DNA of 63,890 nucleotides, filler included, from Octopus bimaculoides (Eukaryota): the NCBI RefSeq assembly GCF_001194135.2. It is 5 parts of 5 records of this genome, joined end to end, with 100 filler letters (N's around TTAATTAATTAA, not from the genome) between each part and the next. Parts side by side here need not be neighbours in the genome. Positions count along the whole stretch, not along the records: positions 59,215 to 63,890 come from NC_068985.1; 4 more parts are not named here. The stretch is one strand, 5' to 3'. A program made the position numbers and the translations under genes. The notes under the pieces were generated by a model. The model was not told where the DNA came from and made no database searches. It saw nothing but the letters and a program-made list of their open reading frames with translations. Of this stretch, positions 63,490 through 63,890 are shown piece after piece (position 1 is the stretch's first letter; each line of letters begins with the position of its first letter).

Positions 63490-63890
63490 GAGACCTTCGT
63501 GCGATGATGTTTATGGAAGTGTATATGATGCAAGCAGGGCTCAAGAGACATTTAAGGAAAAAGGTGAAGACTGAGAAGGTGAATGACAAGGACCTTTTTG
63601 TGTGCACAGTCTGTGACAGACCATGTCTGTCCTTGGCTGGCCTCAAATCTCACCTGCGAACCCATGGAAAACAAACCTCACCCAGCTATTCTGATTATAT
63701 GTCTGTGCACACGTTTGAATGTGGTGTGTGCCAGAGGGTTTGCAAATCCAATGGGGGGTCTTAAAAGACATGTTAGGATCCACAATGAGCAGAACTTACT
63801 TGCAGGTATTGGTAGTGCAAATCAGAGGTGCAATATGTGTGGGTGTTTTTTCAAAACACTGTCTGGTTTAAAAAGCCACATCAGACGCCA
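63490..63890 (+). pseudogene. Spaced C2H2 finger array with frameshifts (3' end of an RTE-like LINE, or a ZNF pseudogene); runs off the window
   Basis: CTVCDRPCLSLAGLKSHLRTH, CGVCQRVCKSNGG/LKRHVRIH (+1 shift in G6 at 63753-63758), CNMCGCFFKTLSGLKSHIRR; no TGEKP linkers. Confidence 0.6.

Noticed and set aside
1-63890. CRISPR arrays, rRNA or prokaryotic systems
   Set aside because: No repeat-spacer arrays or operon structure; the DNA is intron-containing and eukaryotic.

Overview
AT-rich, microsatellite- and transposon-dense eukaryotic DNA. The SINE types and effector-less C2H2 arrays point to an octopod cephalopod (inference). The window is five segments joined by four artificial 100-bp linkers (44N-TTAATTAATTAA-44N). 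Genes: two tandemly duplicated C2H2 zinc-finger genes (minus strand; copy A has at least 19 fingers, copy B has 12); the last coding exon of BLOC1S6/pallidin (+, 22523-22642, missed by the ORF track); and a complete 7-coding-exon TRAPPC5/Trs31 gene (-, 31867-45288, 186 aa, every GT-AG junction and phase reconstructed by hand). Mobile DNA: two R4/Dong-like LINE ends abutting TAA-type repeats, a Helitron with both termini plus a second Helitron 3' end, a full-length DD41D Tc1/mariner, RTE LINE remnants, at least three SINE families, five fold-back/MITE elements, a Penelope-like remnant with a degenerate hammerhead-ribozyme fold, and a frameshifted C2H2 array at the right edge. No tRNA, rRNA or CRISPR was seen. 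I found no clearly new biological system. The best leads are module shuffling and contact-residue divergence in the ZNF pair, dsRNA-forming structures around TRAPPC5 exons (editing or circRNA hypotheses), the hammerhead-like motif and a telomere-repeat-cored MITE. Coordinates of SINE and LINE remnants are approximate.
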